Assembly: GCA_016179685.1 (NCBI GenBank)
Contig: JACPCR010000088.1
Location: 627 to 64,626, forward strand
Direction of reading: 5' to 3'
Source of the DNA: Planctomycetota bacterium
GTDB lineage: Bacteria > Planctomycetota > PUPC01 > JACPCR01
Length of the DNA stretch: 64,000 nucleotides
The notes under the pieces were generated by a model. The model was not told the DNA's origin. It saw only the letters and a list, made by a program, of their open reading frames with translations, and did no database searches. Of the stretch, positions 17,522-28,200 are shown piece after piece. Positions within the stretch are counted from its first letter, which is position 1, and every line of letters starts with the position of its first letter. A program made the position numbers and the translations under genes.

Positions 17522-19993
17522 TCACTGCCCGGCCAGTGCGAAATCGGTCATGGGAATATCCGTCAGCCTGAAGCCTTTCGGGATGAGCAGATAGTCCGCC
17601 CCTGCTTGTGTGCTGACTTCAATCGTCTCGGCGTCCGTCACCTGTTCGGGCTGCGCTTCGGGTGGCGAAGAGACCGCCGCCGCGGAGCCTGTCCAGGGAT
17701 TCTCGATTCGCAGAGTGGCGCCGGCGAGGGATCGGACGAGGGCATAGTCGGGCCGCAACCCCCGCTTTTCGGCCGAGACCAGAAACGCGCCCGGCGCACG
17801 CAGCGAGTGAAACCGCGCGGGGACACCATCGGGGATGCCGGCAAAGAGGTGGATGACCCCGTCGAGGCTCAGCAGCAGCATATCGGCCAGCACGCGGCAC
17901 ATGCCTGCCGCATGTTCGTTCTGAGCAATGCCCCAATTCCAGTGCCGTGTTAATCCGTTGACTCCCCAAGGATCGGCCTTCTCGGGATACCGCGCGACGC
18001 GGAAGGCCCAATCACGGTCCCCGATCCGGATCACCTCGCAAAGGCCTTGTCCGCCGCACCACGCACCACCCGTGCAGCTTCGATCCCTCAACTCGCGCAG
18101 ATGCTGCCACGTCATTTGGGCCTGGTCCCGCCATTCCTTTGGCCCGTGGAATCGGCTGACCAATTCAGCGGGAAATACCAGGGGCATGAGAAAATTATGG
18201 CCGCCGTACCACGGCTCCTGATCCTCCCAAGCCTTCCAGTAGCCCTCAGCGGTCACTGGCGGCGGACTTAAGTTGGCGAGCCTCTCCTGCCAGAGCGAAA
18301 CGTTCTCTGGATCGACAGCGAGCGTCTGCGCCGCCGCAATCGCCCGCTGAAACGCGCCGCGGAACATGGCCTGTGCGTACAGCGAATTCTTGCCCCAGGC
18401 TTCGAAACGGCGGCCTTTCGCCTCGAAATGGACCGAGGGAGCGATCATCCAGCGGCCCCGCCGTTCGTCCCATGTCAGGAAGTCGGCGTAGAACATGGCC
18501 ACATCCCGCAGCAGAGGGTAGGCGACGTCGCGGAGGAACTCCCGATCCTGCGTGTATTCGTAGTACTGCCAGAAAAGTTGCGTGACCCACGACGAGCCGC
18601 AGGGGTCGGTCCCCAGCACGCCCCAGGTCGGGACGGTGATTTCATGACCGCGGACGCTTCCACCGTGCGGGAATCGCAGGCCGCGCATTCCGAAGTATTC
18701 GGCGGCGTCTCGACGGGCCGCGGGCGCGGTGTCGTGATAATGACGGAGATAAGGCTCCATCAAGTCCAGCCGATTGTTCGTCAGCAATCCCCAGTAGAGA
18801 CACTGGATGTTGACATTGGTGTGAAAGTCTGCGCTCCAAGGCGGGACGTTTTCGCCTACCCACAGCCCCTGGCTGCCGGGGGACTGTTTGCCGGGCCGCA
18901 GCGTCGATCCGCAGAGGTAAAGAGAGGTGTAATACCATCGCTCGACGGCCAAGTCCCCGACGCTCGCCAGACCCCTCAGCCAGTATTCGCCCCACCAACG
19001 ACGATGAGAGTCGAGAATCGTTTCCATGCCGGCCTGCTTTGCAGCCTGTAATCTCCGTCGGGCCTCCGTGACGGGGTCCGCTGCCTCCGTCGCACTCACC
19101 AGGGTCAACAGCAGCGAGCATTCCCCCACCGCATCCGGCGTGAGAATCCCCGTCAGACTTCCCAAGGCCTCTTCGACGATCCATTGCCCATCAGCCGACA
19201 TCATCCCGATGGTGTAGCCACCACCCGCGGTGAACCGTTGCGTGAGGCAGCCGAATTGCCCCTCCACTTGGCACGCCGGCGGCAGATTGCCGCGCAGGCG
19301 GCCGCGGGAAAGCTCCCAACGGATCGGCTCCTGGCGTTCGTCCGCCCGCGGACGCTCGACCCGCACACACATCACGTCGAATTGACGCGAAACCCACGCT
19401 GTTACTTCGTTCGCCGGCGGCCCGCCCCAATACTCCGGCGACCAAGAGAGCCGGGCCAGGCCGTCTTGGAGATGGGTCCGCAGCGTGCAGCCGGCCACGG
19501 GACTGGTTTCGTCGAGATGCAACCGCAACCGCCCGCAGGTGGTGAGATGCGGCTCCTGCGAGGGGAGGGACGCCTTGGAGTCGTCTTGAATCTGCTGGAA
19601 GCGGGCCTTGTCACCGTCAAAAAACGTCTGGCGAAACTCAGCGTACGACCGCCCCGGGAAACAACTTCGCTCATCGTTACATCGATTCCATGCGTCCGTC
19701 TTGCCGAGCACAAAGCTCATCGAGTCGGGATAGCCGTAGATCATCGCGCCGAAATCGCCGTTGCCGATGGGCGCTCCGGCACGCCAGTCTGCCGGCGGAC
19801 CCTGCGGCTCGCCCCAGACCATGTCGTGACGGGAGAGCAGTGAATCCAAATCCATGCGATAGCGGGCGCCCTCTACCGGCAGACGCTCCAAAGGGAACTT
19901 GCTGACCATGACACGAGTATCCCTGTTCAAAAGTGAAGCCGCGCTTCTGAACAGGGATACTACCTGGAAACCCCAGAGAAATTCAAGAGTCAT
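17522..19993 (-). CDS. GH95-like (alpha-L-fucosidase-type) six-hairpin glycoside hydrolase family protein
   Basis: The N-terminal APIGNGDFGAMIYGYPDSMSFVLGKTDAWN and the central DFHTNVNIQCLYWGLLTNNR resemble the GH95 blocks (PIGNGRLGAMV.G, ..NIN.QMNYW) recalled from memory. ATG 19909 is an alternative start. Confidence 0.55.
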   Translation of the reverse strand: MTLEFLWGFQVVSLFRSAASLLNRDTRVMVSKFPLERLPVEGARYRMDLDSLLSRHDMVWGEPQGPPADWRAGAPIGNGDFGAMIYGYPDSMSFVLGKTDAWNRCNDERSCFPGRSYAEFRQTFFDGDKARFQQIQDDSKASLPSQEPHLTTCGRLRLHLDETSPVAGCTLRTHLQDGLARLSWSPEYWGGPPANEVTAWVSRQFDVMCVRVERPRADERQEPIRWELSRGRLRGNLPPACQVEGQFGCLTQRFTAGGGYTIGMMSADGQWIVEEALGSLTGILTPDAVGECSLLLTLVSATEAADPVTEARRRLQAAKQAGMETILDSHRRWWGEYWLRGLASVGDLAVERWYYTSLYLCGSTLRPGKQSPGSQGLWVGENVPPWSADFHTNVNIQCLYWGLLTNNRLDLMEPYLRHYHDTAPAARRDAAEYFGMRGLRFPHGGSVRGHEITVPTWGVLGTDPCGSSWVTQLFWQYYEYTQDREFLRDVAYPLLRDVAMFYADFLTWDERRGRWMIAPSVHFEAKGRRFEAWGKNSLYAQAMFRGAFQRAIAAAQTLAVDPENVSLWQERLANLSPPPVTAEGYWKAWEDQEPWYGGHNFLMPLVFPAELVSRFHGPKEWRDQAQMTWQHLRELRDRSCTGGAWCGGQGLCEVIRIGDRDWAFRVARYPEKADPWGVNGLTRHWNWGIAQNEHAAGMCRVLADMLLLSLDGVIHLFAGIPDGVPARFHSLRAPGAFLVSAEKRGLRPDYALVRSLAGATLRIENPWTGSAAAVSSPPEAQPEQVTDAETIEVSTQAGADYLLIPKGFRLTDIPMTDFALAGQ

Positions 19994-20089
19994 CCCAACT
20001 TCATTAATTCTGAATTAGCCATTTATGGAATATCGGGTTTTTTATTTTTTATTCCGCTGGGGTTTCCCATAGCGAAAGGCGTCTCACAG

Positions 20090-21988
20090 TTATTTCCGCC
20101 CGAACTGGCGATCGAGTTCCTTCAGGTTCACCGCCAGCCGCGTGGGACGACCGTGGGCGCAGGCGATGGACTCTGGAATCTGGCGGCTGCGCTGCAGGAG
20201 CGAAGCGATCTCGTCCGGCTTGAGCGCCTGGCCGAACTTGATGGCGCCCTTGCAGGCCATGGTGGCCAGAATGCGTTCCCTGAGCTTCTCGAGGCTGCGG
20301 GGCCTCTCGCCCTCGGATAGTTCGGAAAAGAGGTCATGAAGGACATGGGCTGCCCTGGCGCTCTCGAGAAAACTCGGCACGGACTGGATCAGGACGCTCC
20401 GCGGCCCGAACTCTTCGATCTCCAGCCCCAATTCCCGCAACGTCGCGGTCAGTTCCCGGGCCAGCGCCAGCTCCTTGGGCGTCAACTCCACCGGCTCGGG
20501 CAGAAGCAGGGGCTGCGTGTCCATTCGTTTCGCCCGGACCTTTTCCAGCAGCTCAGAGTAGAGAATCCGCTCGTGCAGGGCATGCTGGTCGATCACCACG
20601 AAGCCCTCCGGGCTCTGCACGACGATGTAGGAGTTGTGAATCTGGAGGAACGGGCCAGCGCTCGGGTCCCAGTCCTGTGGCGGGCTCGGCGGCTCGGGCC
20701 CGGCCTGGGCGGCCTCTCTTCCCCGTGGAGGCCGATCCGAGGGAAAGTCCCGCCGGGAGGTCGGTCCGCCCGACGCCGGAGGCCGGTCCGAGGCGGCCGC
20801 TGCATCCGCCGGACCCGCAGGGCGCGCCGATCCGGTCCCATCGGCCGGAGGGGCATCCGGAGGGGCCGCCGTCGTCGGCCGCGCCACGCCGGGAGGCGGG
20901 AAAGCGAGTGTCGAAGGGTTCGACCGGCCTTCGGTTGCCCCACCGCCGACCGTGTCGAGGAACAGAGCGGGTTGAGGGTCCACGCGCAGCGCCGCCACCT
21001 TCTCCTCCGAAAGCAGCCGGTGTCGCACGGCGCTGAGGACCCGGCCGTAAAGACTCCAGGTGTTGCGGAAGCGCACCTCGATCTTGGTCGGATGCGCATT
21101 GACGTCCACCTCCGCCGGGTCCATCTCGAGGAAAAGGAACAGGACGGGGAATCGGCCCTCGGGCAGCAGGCCCCGATAGGCCTCGTTCATGGCGTGGCTG
21201 ATGGAACGATCCTGAATGAACCGGCCGTTGAGGAACAGGAGCTGCCACGCCCGGTTGGCCCGGTGGAGCGCGGGCAGGCTGGCGTAGCCCTCGAGGTGCA
21301 GCTCGGGACTCCGGCTCTCGAGCAAGAGCAGGGAATCCGCCAGTTCTTTCCCGTAGAAGTGCCGCACGCGTTCGAGCCGGTCCGACGGCGGACAGTGGAA
21401 GACTTCTTTCCCGTTGCTGAGGAAGCGGAAATGGACGCCAGGAAAGGCCAGGGCCATCCGCGTCATCATTTCGGTGATGGCGGCGGTCTCGCTGGCGGTG
21501 GACTTGAGGAACTTGCGGCGGACCGGCACGTTGGTGAAGAGGTGACGCACTTCGACGAGGGTGCCGGGGCTGGCGCCGCAGACCCTGGGCTCGCCGATTT
21601 CGCCGCCACGGCACTCGATCTCCGCACCCGTTTCCTGCCCCCGGGGCCGCGAGACGATCCGGGCCTGGGAGACCGATCCGATGCTGGCCAGGGCCTCGCC
21701 GCGGAATCCCAGCGTGCTGATGGCGAAAAGGTCCTCCGGCTTCTCCAGCTTGCTCGTGGCGTGGCTGGCAAAGGCCAGAGGGAGGTCGCCGATGTCCATT
21801 CCGACGCCATCGTCCGTGACGCGGATCAGGTTCTTCCCGCCCTCTTCGATCTCCACATCGATGCGGGCGGACCCGGCATCCATGGAGTTCTCGACCAGCT
21901 CCTTGACCACCGAGCCGGGCCGTTCCACGACTTCACCCGCGGCGATCTTGTTGGCGATGGCCGGCTCGAGGACATGAATTTTGGACAT
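20090..21988 (-). CDS. mutL: DNA mismatch repair protein MutL
   Basis: The N-terminal sequence IANKIAAGEVVERPGSVVKELVENSMDAGS..IDVEIEEGG, DDGVGM and GFRGEALASI are present. There is a Pro/Ala-rich linker. The C-terminal dimerisation/endonuclease region includes DQHALHERILYE-like and ACKGAIKFG. Confidence 0.95.
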   Translation of the reverse strand: MSKIHVLEPAIANKIAAGEVVERPGSVVKELVENSMDAGSARIDVEIEEGGKNLIRVTDDGVGMDIGDLPLAFASHATSKLEKPEDLFAISTLGFRGEALASIGSVSQARIVSRPRGQETGAEIECRGGEIGEPRVCGASPGTLVEVRHLFTNVPVRRKFLKSTASETAAITEMMTRMALAFPGVHFRFLSNGKEVFHCPPSDRLERVRHFYGKELADSLLLLESRSPELHLEGYASLPALHRANRAWQLLFLNGRFIQDRSISHAMNEAYRGLLPEGRFPVLFLFLEMDPAEVDVNAHPTKIEVRFRNTWSLYGRVLSAVRHRLLSEEKVAALRVDPQPALFLDTVGGGATEGRSNPSTLAFPPPGVARPTTAAPPDAPPADGTGSARPAGPADAAAASDRPPASGGPTSRRDFPSDRPPRGREAAQAGPEPPSPPQDWDPSAGPFLQIHNSYIVVQSPEGFVVIDQHALHERILYSELLEKVRAKRMDTQPLLLPEPVELTPKELALARELTATLRELGLEIEEFGPRSVLIQSVPSFLESARAAHVLHDLFSELSEGERPRSLEKLRERILATMACKGAIKFGQALKPDEIASLLQRSRQIPESIACAHGRPTRLAVNLKELDRQFGRK

Positions 21989-22038
21989 AAGAAAGGATTC
22001 CGGACTGACCCTCCGATCCGCCTCATTCTACCGGCACC

Positions 22039-22923
22039 TTAAAACCCCTCGGGCGCGACCCCGAACTCCGCCTTGAAGTCTCGCCACACCTCGGGCCGTA
22101 CCTCGCTCACCGCCGCCTGGTATCCCTCCTCGACCTCTCTCCGGTTCGATGGGCCGAACATGACGATTCCGTTGATGGGCGCGGCCAGGCAGAACTGGAG
22201 CGCGAGAATCCGGAGGCTCACGCCCCGCTTCTGACACCACGTCCACATGGCATGAGCCCGCGGCTCCTTCGCCCGGTCCGGCTCGACCCCCGAAAGCCGT
22301 CCCATCCCCAGCGCGCTGGCCAGGATGATGCCCACGCCGTGCCGGCGCGCCAGAGGGAGCGTCGTCTGCGCCACCGATTGATTCAGCAGCGTGTAGTCCA
22401 GATAGCTCAGCACGATCTCGATCTTCCCCGTCTCGATGGCCCGGCGGTGAAACTCGTGCTGCCGCACGCCCAGCCCGATGTGCCCGACGATCCCTTTCTC
22501 CTTCATCTTCATCAACTCGTCCAGCGCATGACCCGGAGACAGGGGCAGCTCGATGTCGCCCGGATCATGGATCAGCACCGAATCCAGATGGTCCGTCTTC
22601 AGCAGCCTGAGGCTGTTCTCCACGCTCCAGCGCGTCCCCTCCGCCGTGTAATCCCCCCTCCGCTGAGGATGCGTGCCCATCTTCGTCTGAAGATAAATCT
22701 TCTCGCGCCAACCGCCGTCGAGGGCCATTCCGACCCGGCCCTCACTTTCGCCGTAAAGCGGCGAGGTGTCCAGAAAATTGATCCCCAGATCGATGGCGCG
22801 CCGGACGCCTTCGACCGTGTCGCGGTCGCTGCTCTTCTCACTTCCGAACCAGGCGCAGCCAAGGCCGAGGGCCTTGGCCCGTATCCCCGTCTTTCCCAGG
22901 ACCCGTGTGGCTAGTTCTGACAC
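22039..22923 (-). CDS. aldo/keto reductase
   Basis: LGKTGIRAKALGLGCAWFG, INFLDTSPLYGESE, DSVLIHDP and GHIGLG are typical AKR blocks. Confidence 0.9.
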   Translation of the reverse strand: MSELATRVLGKTGIRAKALGLGCAWFGSEKSSDRDTVEGVRRAIDLGINFLDTSPLYGESEGRVGMALDGGWREKIYLQTKMGTHPQRRGDYTAEGTRWSVENSLRLLKTDHLDSVLIHDPGDIELPLSPGHALDELMKMKEKGIVGHIGLGVRQHEFHRRAIETGKIEIVLSYLDYTLLNQSVAQTTLPLARRHGVGIILASALGMGRLSGVEPDRAKEPRAHAMWTWCQKRGVSLRILALQFCLAAPINGIVMFGPSNRREVEEGYQAAVSEVRPEVWRDFKAEFGVAPEGF

Positions 22924-23033
22924 GCCTTGCTCCCGTTCTCCTTTTCACCGGTATAATCGCGGCCAAGGATCAGAAACGCCCGCCTCGGCAGGATGTTCTC
23001 CGTCCCAGCCGGAAAAGTCAAAGAGGATTCCCC

Positions 23034-25031
23034 GTGAAACTCCAGTTCGTCCTGCGCCTGCCCTACGGCCTCATCGAGACCCGGGACGCCTTGAAAGACT
23101 CCATCGCCCTTGCCCGGAGCATGCGTTGTGATCGCGTCATGCTGTTCAATTCACGGGGTCACATCGAGCCGGCCCATCTCGACCGGGAAGAGGTCTTGCA
23201 GCGCGCCGAGGTCCTGCGGACCGCCATCGCCGGTTTTCAGAAGGCTGGCATCGGAGCGGGGATCAACAATCTGGCCACCATCGGCATGAACTTCTCCCCG
23301 CCGCGGAAACACCGCCTGCCCTTCCAGAATCTCGTCGATTTCGATGGAGAGGTATTCACGGAAACCTTCTGTCCGCTGGACTCGCTCTTCCTCGACTACC
23401 TCGAATTCGTCTTTGCCGCCTGGGCCGCTACCGGCGCGGAGGAGGTCTGGGTGGACGATGATTTCCGGTACAAGAACAAGGCCTCCCAGTGTTTTTGCCC
23501 GCTTCACCTCGCCCAATGGGAGAAGTTGACCGGCAGGTCATGGAGTCGGGACGAGCTGGTCGAGGCCCTGGCATCGCCTGGCATCCGGCCGAGCGAGCGA
23601 GCGCTGCGGTGGGGCGAGTTCCAGAATCGAGCCATGCTTTCCGCCGCTGAGGCCATCGTCCGGGGCACGCGGCGCGGACGCCGGGGCACGCGCATCGGGT
23701 TCATGGCCATCACCCTGGGCATCGAGGCCTACGGCCGGGACTACCTGGCCCGGCTCGGAAGGATTTTCAGCGGGAAACGGTCGCCCCTCATTCGTCCCGA
23801 GTACGGGGCCTACACGGACGAGAACCGTGCCGCCTGGAGCGCCTACTTGCCCCTCTGGTGCTGTACTCGGGCCTTTGGACGCCGATTCCAGGCTTGGCCG
23901 GAGCTGGAGACCTGGCCTTACACGGACTTCAACCACAGCCGGTCCGTCATTCAGATGAAGCTCGCCTGGGGGGCGGCCCACGGGTTCACCAGCTCCACCC
24001 TGAACGTCGGCCACGACGCCAGGACGGCCCGGGCGGTGGCCCGGGCCCGAAACCTGGTGGAAAGGATGGCCGCAGCGCTCGATCCAAAAACACTCCGGCC
24101 CCGCGGCGTCAGCCTCGAGTTGAGCGAAAATGGCGTCGGACTCCGGCCCAGACCCGGTGTCATTCGGGTCGAGCCGAACCCGGCGAGGGTCCTGGCGCGG
24201 CTCGGCATTCCCCTCTGGCCCGATGGAGGATGCGGCCACGTCCTCGCCGGCAACGCACCCCTCGTCCGAGCCCGCGAGCTGAAAACCTTCGCCCGCGCGG
24301 GCCTCATGGTCGATCGTGCCGCATTCGAAATGCTCGGCGACATGGGACGCGACGATATCCTGGGTGAGGCTCGATCCTGCCCGATGGGCGGCGTCCCCGT
24401 TCGGGAAACCTTCCTCCCTCATCCCGTCAATGGCCGGGCCGCTGCGGACGTGATCTCCCTGGAAATGGCCATTCCCGTCCGACCGAAGCTCAGGGCCTTC
24501 GCACTGCCCCAGGGCCAGGAATTCACGGCGCTGAGCCGGTTCGAAGACTCGGACGGCCAGCCGCTTTCTCCGGCCGTCTGGATTCGCCAATGGCCCAGCG
24601 GACGCCTGGCTGTTCTCCCCTTCAGCCTCGACGATCCGGACTCTTTCCATGCCTTTCTGAACCCGAGCCGGAAGGCCCAGATCGAGGCCATCCTCGAATG
24701 GCTGGCCCGGTCGCCCCTCCCCGTGACACTGGAAGGAGTCTCCGATCTCGCTGTCGTTTTCCGAGAGGACCCTCGACGGCGTCTCGCCGTGATCGGGCTG
24801 GCCAATTTCGGGCTGGACGACGCCGCTGGCTTCTCTCTGGTCCTCCCGGGATTGGCCGGCAGCCGGCGGGCCAAGCTCCGCATGCTGGGAAGCCACGCGC
24901 CCTCGCGAAGCCGTGAGGCCGCCATCGACCCCCACGGGCGTGTCCGGCTCGGCAACCGTTTTCGCATCCCGGCGCAATCCGTCAGGCTTCTCGAAGTGAG
25001 GAGAATCCGGCCAGGGCGGCGCAGCCGGTAA
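23034..25031 (+). CDS. hypothetical protein (665 aa), possibly a TIM-barrel/GH-like fold
   Basis: In-frame GTG 23034 is preceded by AAGAGGA at ~7 nt. The upstream part of ORF 22905.. overlaps the AKR gene start. No confident motif; EVWVDDDFRYKN...CFCPLHL is reminiscent of sugar-active enzymes only. Confidence 0.55.
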   Translation: MKLQFVLRLPYGLIETRDALKDSIALARSMRCDRVMLFNSRGHIEPAHLDREEVLQRAEVLRTAIAGFQKAGIGAGINNLATIGMNFSPPRKHRLPFQNLVDFDGEVFTETFCPLDSLFLDYLEFVFAAWAATGAEEVWVDDDFRYKNKASQCFCPLHLAQWEKLTGRSWSRDELVEALASPGIRPSERALRWGEFQNRAMLSAAEAIVRGTRRGRRGTRIGFMAITLGIEAYGRDYLARLGRIFSGKRSPLIRPEYGAYTDENRAAWSAYLPLWCCTRAFGRRFQAWPELETWPYTDFNHSRSVIQMKLAWGAAHGFTSSTLNVGHDARTARAVARARNLVERMAAALDPKTLRPRGVSLELSENGVGLRPRPGVIRVEPNPARVLARLGIPLWPDGGCGHVLAGNAPLVRARELKTFARAGLMVDRAAFEMLGDMGRDDILGEARSCPMGGVPVRETFLPHPVNGRAAADVISLEMAIPVRPKLRAFALPQGQEFTALSRFEDSDGQPLSPAVWIRQWPSGRLAVLPFSLDDPDSFHAFLNPSRKAQIEAILEWLARSPLPVTLEGVSDLAVVFREDPRRRLAVIGLANFGLDDAAGFSLVLPGLAGSRRAKLRMLGSHAPSRSREAAIDPHGRVRLGNRFRIPAQSVRLLEVRRIRPGRRSR

Positions 25032-25213
25032 GTCGTTTCGGGAATCCGTATCAGAGATTTTCCGCATTCCTCGCGTCTTAGCGGGAGGTCTCTTGACCCC
25101 GCCGATGCCATCCGTTTCAATGGGACCTGTATGCGTTCCCGGCTTCTGCCCGAAGAATCCCTACGAGCCTGCATTTTCTATCCCGCCAGGATGAGAAATG
25201 CAGGCCAACTTCG

Positions 25214-28200
25214 ATGGCCTCCGGCCCGAGCTTTGAACACCTCCCGTCGCCCGTCGCTGCTCGCCTGAAGGCCTACCATCGCCGCAAGCAGCTTTTCCAG
25301 GCCCTGCGCGTCGCCTTTTCGGCCGCCATCGTCTATCTCGTTCTCGCCCTCGCGGCCATGCACCTGGACCGCTTCCTCTTCCTCAGGCCTGAAACCCGGG
25401 TCCGGATGTCCCTGGCCGTTCATGCGTCCGCAGGCCTCTTCCTGCTCGCCGGCCTCGTCCGGTTCGCTCGACGCCGCACGCGTTCCAGCCAGGTCGCTTA
25501 CGAACTGGAGAGCCGGTTGCCGCCCGAGACCGAGGAGCGCTTCGTCACTCTGGACAATCTGCTGGAACGGCGGGACTTTCTTTCGAGTCCGATCGCCACG
25601 GAGCTCGTGCAGGAGCTGGAAGCCGCCACGATCCGCACCAGCGAAGGCCTTCGGCCCGCCCGTCTCGTTCGCGACCCGGCCTTGCGCCTCCTCGCCACCG
25701 GCTTCGTTTTCTTGGCGGCCCTGACCACGTTTCTTGCGCTGGATTCTGCCTACGAGTTTCCGCTGATGGCGGAGCGTTTCCTTTCCCCGGGCCGGCCTCT
25801 GCCCAAGCCCAGCTTCATCAAAATCCACGTCACGCCCGAACGCCTCGTGGTCGGCCGAGGCGGCGAGGCCGTCCTCCAGGCCCGGATTTCAGGCCGGATT
25901 CCCGTGCCCTGGAAGTGGATGCTGAACCGGCTGGGCGTCACACCAGGCCGATGCACCCTCGCTTTCGAGGAAGAAGCCGCGGCCGGCGGCGGGGCCATCG
26001 ATCGGGACCGCGCCGTCCGTGCCGACATGGTCCGCATGCTCCGGGACACCTTCCTCTTCACCCGGGCCGATCTCCAGCAGAGCTTCCGATATGGCATCCG
26101 GTGCGGTGACGCGGAGACCGAAGTCCGCGCCGTCGAAGTCATCGCCCAGCCGCGCATCCTCGACCTCCGCCTCACCGCCACACCGCCGGCCTATTCCGGC
26201 CTCCCGGAGGTGACCCTGCAGGATTTCCGCCAGCCGCTCCAGTTCCTTCCCGGGACGAAAATCCTTCTTTCATTTCGGGCCGACCAGCCTGTTCCCACCC
26301 GTCTTCTCCGCTTCGACAAGGCCCGGGAATCGGTCGAGCCGGATTGGGACGAGCAGGCTCTTTCCGGCCACCACGGATTTATTCTGAAGCAGAAGACGGA
26401 GCTGGAGATCACGGTGACCAACGCCCGGGGCTTCTCCAACGTCGAGCGTGTGCGCGCCGTGCTGGGTCTGCGCGAGGATGCCGCACCCGTCGCCCGCCTC
26501 GACTGGCCCTCCTCCGATCTCGAGAAGGTGCCCTCCGAGCTGGTCCCTGTCCAGGCCGCCATCGAGGACGATCTCGGTATCGCGGAAGTCGTCCTCCGTT
26601 TCACCCTCAACCCCACGCCCGAGGAGGAGATCGCACCGCAGGAGATTCCGATTCCACTTGAAAAAAGCGGCCTCAAGTCCGTTCCCGTCTCGGCTCTCTT
26701 CGACCTGGACCAGACGCGAGCGGTCCCTGGCGACACCGTCGCCTTCCGCCTCCGGGCCCGCGACACCGCGGGAAACGACGGCCTCTCCCGTGAGATGCTG
26801 GTCCGCGTCGTCTCCTTCACCCGTGGTGAGAACGAGCGACACCGCCTTGCGGCCCTCCGGCTCGTCCGGGACGCCTTCGCGGAGGCCGCCGGACCCGCCG
26901 AGGATTCAACGGCCCGCCCCTCGGTCCCCGCCCTCGGCAAGGATGCCTATGACCGCCTCACGAAGCTCGCCGCTTCCCTCCAGATTCCGCTCCCGGCCGA
27001 GCCCTCGCTTCATTCTTTCGCACGCGTCCTCGAAATGGAGCACCATTTCACCGACGACCCGAGGCACAAGGAGGACCTCCGCTGCGTCAGCGGCCTCGTG
27101 CGGTACGCCGCTGCGCCTTTTCCCGCGGCCGGAAGCCCTCTCTCCGGTGACGAGAGCACCCGTCTGCTCCGGTCCCTGGCGGAGGAGGTCCTTCCGTCCC
27201 TCTCGGCCTATCGTCAGCTCAAGAATCTGGCTTGGCGGCTTTTCGGGATGCGCGCCGAAGTTCTCCAGATTCGCGGCCAGCTCCAGGAAACCGCGGCCGA
27301 AAAGAAGGCCGACTCGGACGGCGCCAGCTCGGTCAAACGCCGGGCCGAGCTGTACCTCAAGACCCTCCAGGACATCGGCGATGAGCTGATCGGAGTCAGC
27401 CGCAGCGCTCCCCGGGCGCTCGACCCGGTCCGGACGCGGGGTCTCGTCGGCGACCTGAACACCGCCGCGTACTATCTGGGCCGGGGCTCCCTCGCACGCC
27501 GGCAGTCCTCGTGCGAGAAGGTCGCTGAACTGATCCCTCGGCTGCTCGTCGAAGTACGCGGGGCTTTCCTCCCTCTTCTCGAGCAGGAACAGGCCGCACG
27601 GGCCAGGCTGCACTTGGCCTTCGAATCCCTGCTCGACCTCGTGGCCGCACGCCCGCCGGACGCCGCGTGGACTCCCGAGGCGCTGGACCGGGCCATCGCC
27701 TGGCTCGACGCGGATGCCCGCCTTCTGGGCCGGCAACCCTTCAGCCCCTTCTGGCCTCGCGTCGTCAGTTTCGCCCTCGCCAGCGAGCTCGCACGGGGCC
27801 GGCCCGGCGGGCCTGCCACGGAAATCGCACGTGCGGGCCCAGCCGGCGACTTCCATCATCTCGTGCATCCGCCGGAGGCATGGTCCGAGAACGTGCGCCT
27901 CGAGCGCCTGGCCGCGGAGGAGTTGGCCTTCCTTTCCCACCTCGACACCCTCCTCGGGATGCGCGGCCTTTCCACCACGGAAATGCTCATGGAGCTCACG
28001 CTCCTCGAACTCGAGAAGACCGGGGCGTCCGGGAACAGCCCCTCGCCTGAGCGGGAAGCACTCGCCAGCCGACTCTCGAGCCTCGACATGGACTCTGGCG
28101 TTCCGGCCGATGAGATCACGAAGCTGCGCGCCCGGACGGTCGAAGTTGCCGCCGCCGCCCTGGGACACCTCCCGACCGCCACGCGTGCGCTCGCGGAAGC

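Noticed and set aside
20700-21000. Pro/Ala/Gly/Arg-rich low-complexity stretch that could look like a repeat region
   Set aside because: It is the flexible linker between the MutL ATPase and C-terminal domains. No tandem nucleotide repeat unit is detectable.
20336-22042. 568-aa plus-strand ORF antisense to mutL, plus several Pro/Arg-rich ORFs in 20553..21810
   Set aside because: mutL is unambiguous. These ORFs follow the GC-rich Pro/Ala linker of MutL and have no motifs.
22905-23033. First 43 codons of ORF 22905..25031
   Set aside because: They overlap the start of the divergent aldo/keto reductase gene. GTG 23034 with an AAGAGGA RBS is a better start.
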